Shown here piece by piece: positions 61,961 through 64,000 of a stretch of DNA of 64,000 nt. The notes beneath the pieces are model-generated. The model searched no databases. It had not been told where the DNA came from and saw nothing but the letters and a program-made list of their open reading frames with translations. The stretch spans positions 42,468,381 through 42,532,380 of the forward strand of contig NC_081379.1 of the NCBI RefSeq assembly GCF_030684315.1, written 5' to 3'. The stretch's first letter is position 1. Every line of letters begins with the position of its first letter. Made by a program: the position numbers and the translations under genes. Source of the stretch: Stegostoma tigrinum. Lineage: Eukaryota.

Positions 61961-63600
61961 TTACAGTCACTTTGGTGGATCCAGCGATTCTGTCCTTCAA
62001 CTTTAAGATCTGTCGGAGTCTGAAGAAGCACTTGGTACGGTCCTTTCCACCTTGGCCCAAGCTTGGGGCGATCCCAGTCCCGGACAAGTACAAAATCTCC
62101 AATCTGCGGCCACGAAGACCCATCCTGAATCTCGAGGTCTTGTTCCAGTGTCTGCGGAGGCGTTCTGAAGGCGCACTTCACCTGCGAATGGAGAAACTTT
62201 AGAGATGATTTTAGCTATCGGAAGAACCTTAGCATTTCTTCTCCTATCATATTTAGGTCAATTTGGGTGGGTGGGCTGGTATTGGCATCCCAGGGTGTTC
62301 TGCTGGGTCGGCCATAGACTATTTCCGCTGCTGAAAGCCCAGCAGTAGAGTAGGGTGTCTTTCGCATGTGCTACAAAGCTAGTGACAAAACCTTTAGCCA
62401 ATTAAGGCCGGTCTCTAATCTCAACTTGGTTCATTTATTTTTAAGTGTTCCGTTAGCTCTTTCCACTATCCCTGCCACCTGCGGGTGGTAGGCACGGTGG
62501 AATTGCTGTTGGTTCGTAACGCATCATACAGTTCCTTATTAATCTTTCCTACAAAGTGAGGGCCGTTGTCCGAACTAATTTGTCGCGGCACTCCAAACCT
62601 CGGTATTATTTCAGTTAACAATACTTTTACTACTGATGAGGCTTTGTTGTTTGTCGTTGGGAAAGCCTCTATCCACCTACTGAATACGTCTACAATGACA
62701 AGACAACATTTATAACAGTTTACGCGCGGTAATTCAATAAAATCTAGCTGAATGCATTCAAATGGTGCACCTGGCAAGGGTGTTTTTCCTAGTAAGCATC
62801 TCACCCCCGATCCACATTGTTTTGCTGGCGTGTGAGACATGATGGTATACGAGGCTGGGCTGTCTCAGTCAGTCTGGGGTGCCACCAGGTACGGAGCATA
62901 ATACCACTCATTCCCTCCTTGCCAAAGTGGATGTCAGAATGCAGAGAGTCAACAAGCATAGGTAACAAAGTATCAGGTACACACATTTGATCGATCGGGG
63001 TAACCCAAAGACCTGAGGACGCAGAATGCAAACATCCATGCGCCTTCTAATTATTCTTTTCAGAAGCAGAGGCATCCCCCTGTAAGTGCCGAACAGTGAC
63101 TATATCTGGCATGCCCGTCTTGTCTGAAGGCGTGAGATTTACCGCATGCTTGTTCATACAGGGTACAATACAAATTTGGTCTGCACCAGCCTGTATAGCA
63201 GCCATTTCAGTCCGAGCGTTCCGCCAAGTAAGTATAGAATCAACAAAGGCATGGGCAGCGCATTTGATAATAGTCAATTGTCTAGGGAGGAGGATTGCCT
63301 GGAGAAGGTTTTTAACAGACAGGGAATTTTGGATGGGTGCACCCGAGGACGTTAAAAATCCACACTGAGTCCGAAGAAGGGAGTGGTGCATCAGTAAGGT
63401 CTGGGAGGGGAGAGGTTAGAAATTGGTTCCTTAGCAGGCAGTCATGTGGAGGGTTCGCTCAGAAATGTGGCTGGGTTAATGGTGGAGCGGCAAGAGATAA
63501 GGAATAAATTGCAGAGAGAATCTGGGAACAAGGGGGTAATCCCTGAGTTACAGTGCCCAGGAGAGTGGAGTAGTGGGCAACTGGTCCTTATAATTCAAGT
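61957..63600 (-). pseudogene. pol: Endogenous retrovirus pol remnant (tether, RNase H, integrase), gamma/epsilon-like
   Basis: RPVAHYS..GLPPC; NPATFL; GFLTSSGAPIQN..IIKCAAH (RNase H); H..HFG..WWHP..C (integrase Zn finger); PFECIQLDFIELP..LVIVDVFSRWIEAFP..RFGVPRQISSDNGPHF; WKGPYQVLL (GPY/F). Confidence 0.9.
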
Positions 63601-64000
63601 TTAATGGGCCTACTGTAAACCTGTCAGATGTATGCGTGTGTGTAAGTGATGCAGTAGACTGCGACAGTTATGTCCTTGATATCTGAAGAATGGCCGCACA
63701 TACACAAGAGGAAGAAACAGGAATGTGGGGTTTAAACCACAATGAGATCAGCCATGATCTTAGTGAATGGCAGAGCACATTTGCAAGGCTGAACAGCCTA
63801 CTCCTGCTCGAAGTCCAAGGTTCACTACTGAGGAATAGCAGGGCGGGGAGGGGGTTATTTGGTGTCAGTGAAGGCCTGCAATACAATTACTGCCATTACA
63901 GAGCAGTACGGTATAAAGTAATCAAATTAACAGCTGACAAATCAGACAAAGACAGTAGAAATGCGACAGGAAGTAGTGGGGGTTCAGGATTGGCTGGCTT

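Overview
Eukaryotic, repeat-rich vertebrate DNA. The repeat families (HE1-type SINE, CR1/HER1-like LINEs, Penelope elements) and the gene content point to a shark or other elasmobranch. The window holds two intact, divergently transcribed immunoglobulin light-chain genes with V and J already fused in the germline. Gene A (minus strand; exons 8515-8470, 8298-7954, 2599-2271; 239 aa) is a divergent lambda-related chain. Gene B (plus strand; exons 36269-36317, 36453-36794, 41211-41533; 237 aa) is a typical cartilaginous-fish lambda (type II) chain. By hand alignment they are about 54% identical in V and about 53% in C, and they share an octamer-CCAAT-octamer-TATA promoter layout. Between them, ~20.7-24.0 kb is a collapsed colinear copy of gene B's non-coding flanks and intron that lacks all exons and keeps a CTCF-like motif. 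The right end holds a decayed endogenous retrovirus whose env TM region aligns in register with filovirus GP2 (recalled from memory, not searched). The remainder is mobile DNA: Penelope elements with hammerhead-like cores and hairpin insertions, CR1/L2/Tx1-type LINE fragments, SINEs, three related solo LTRs and tRNA relics. All alignments were made by eye and repeat boundaries are approximate.
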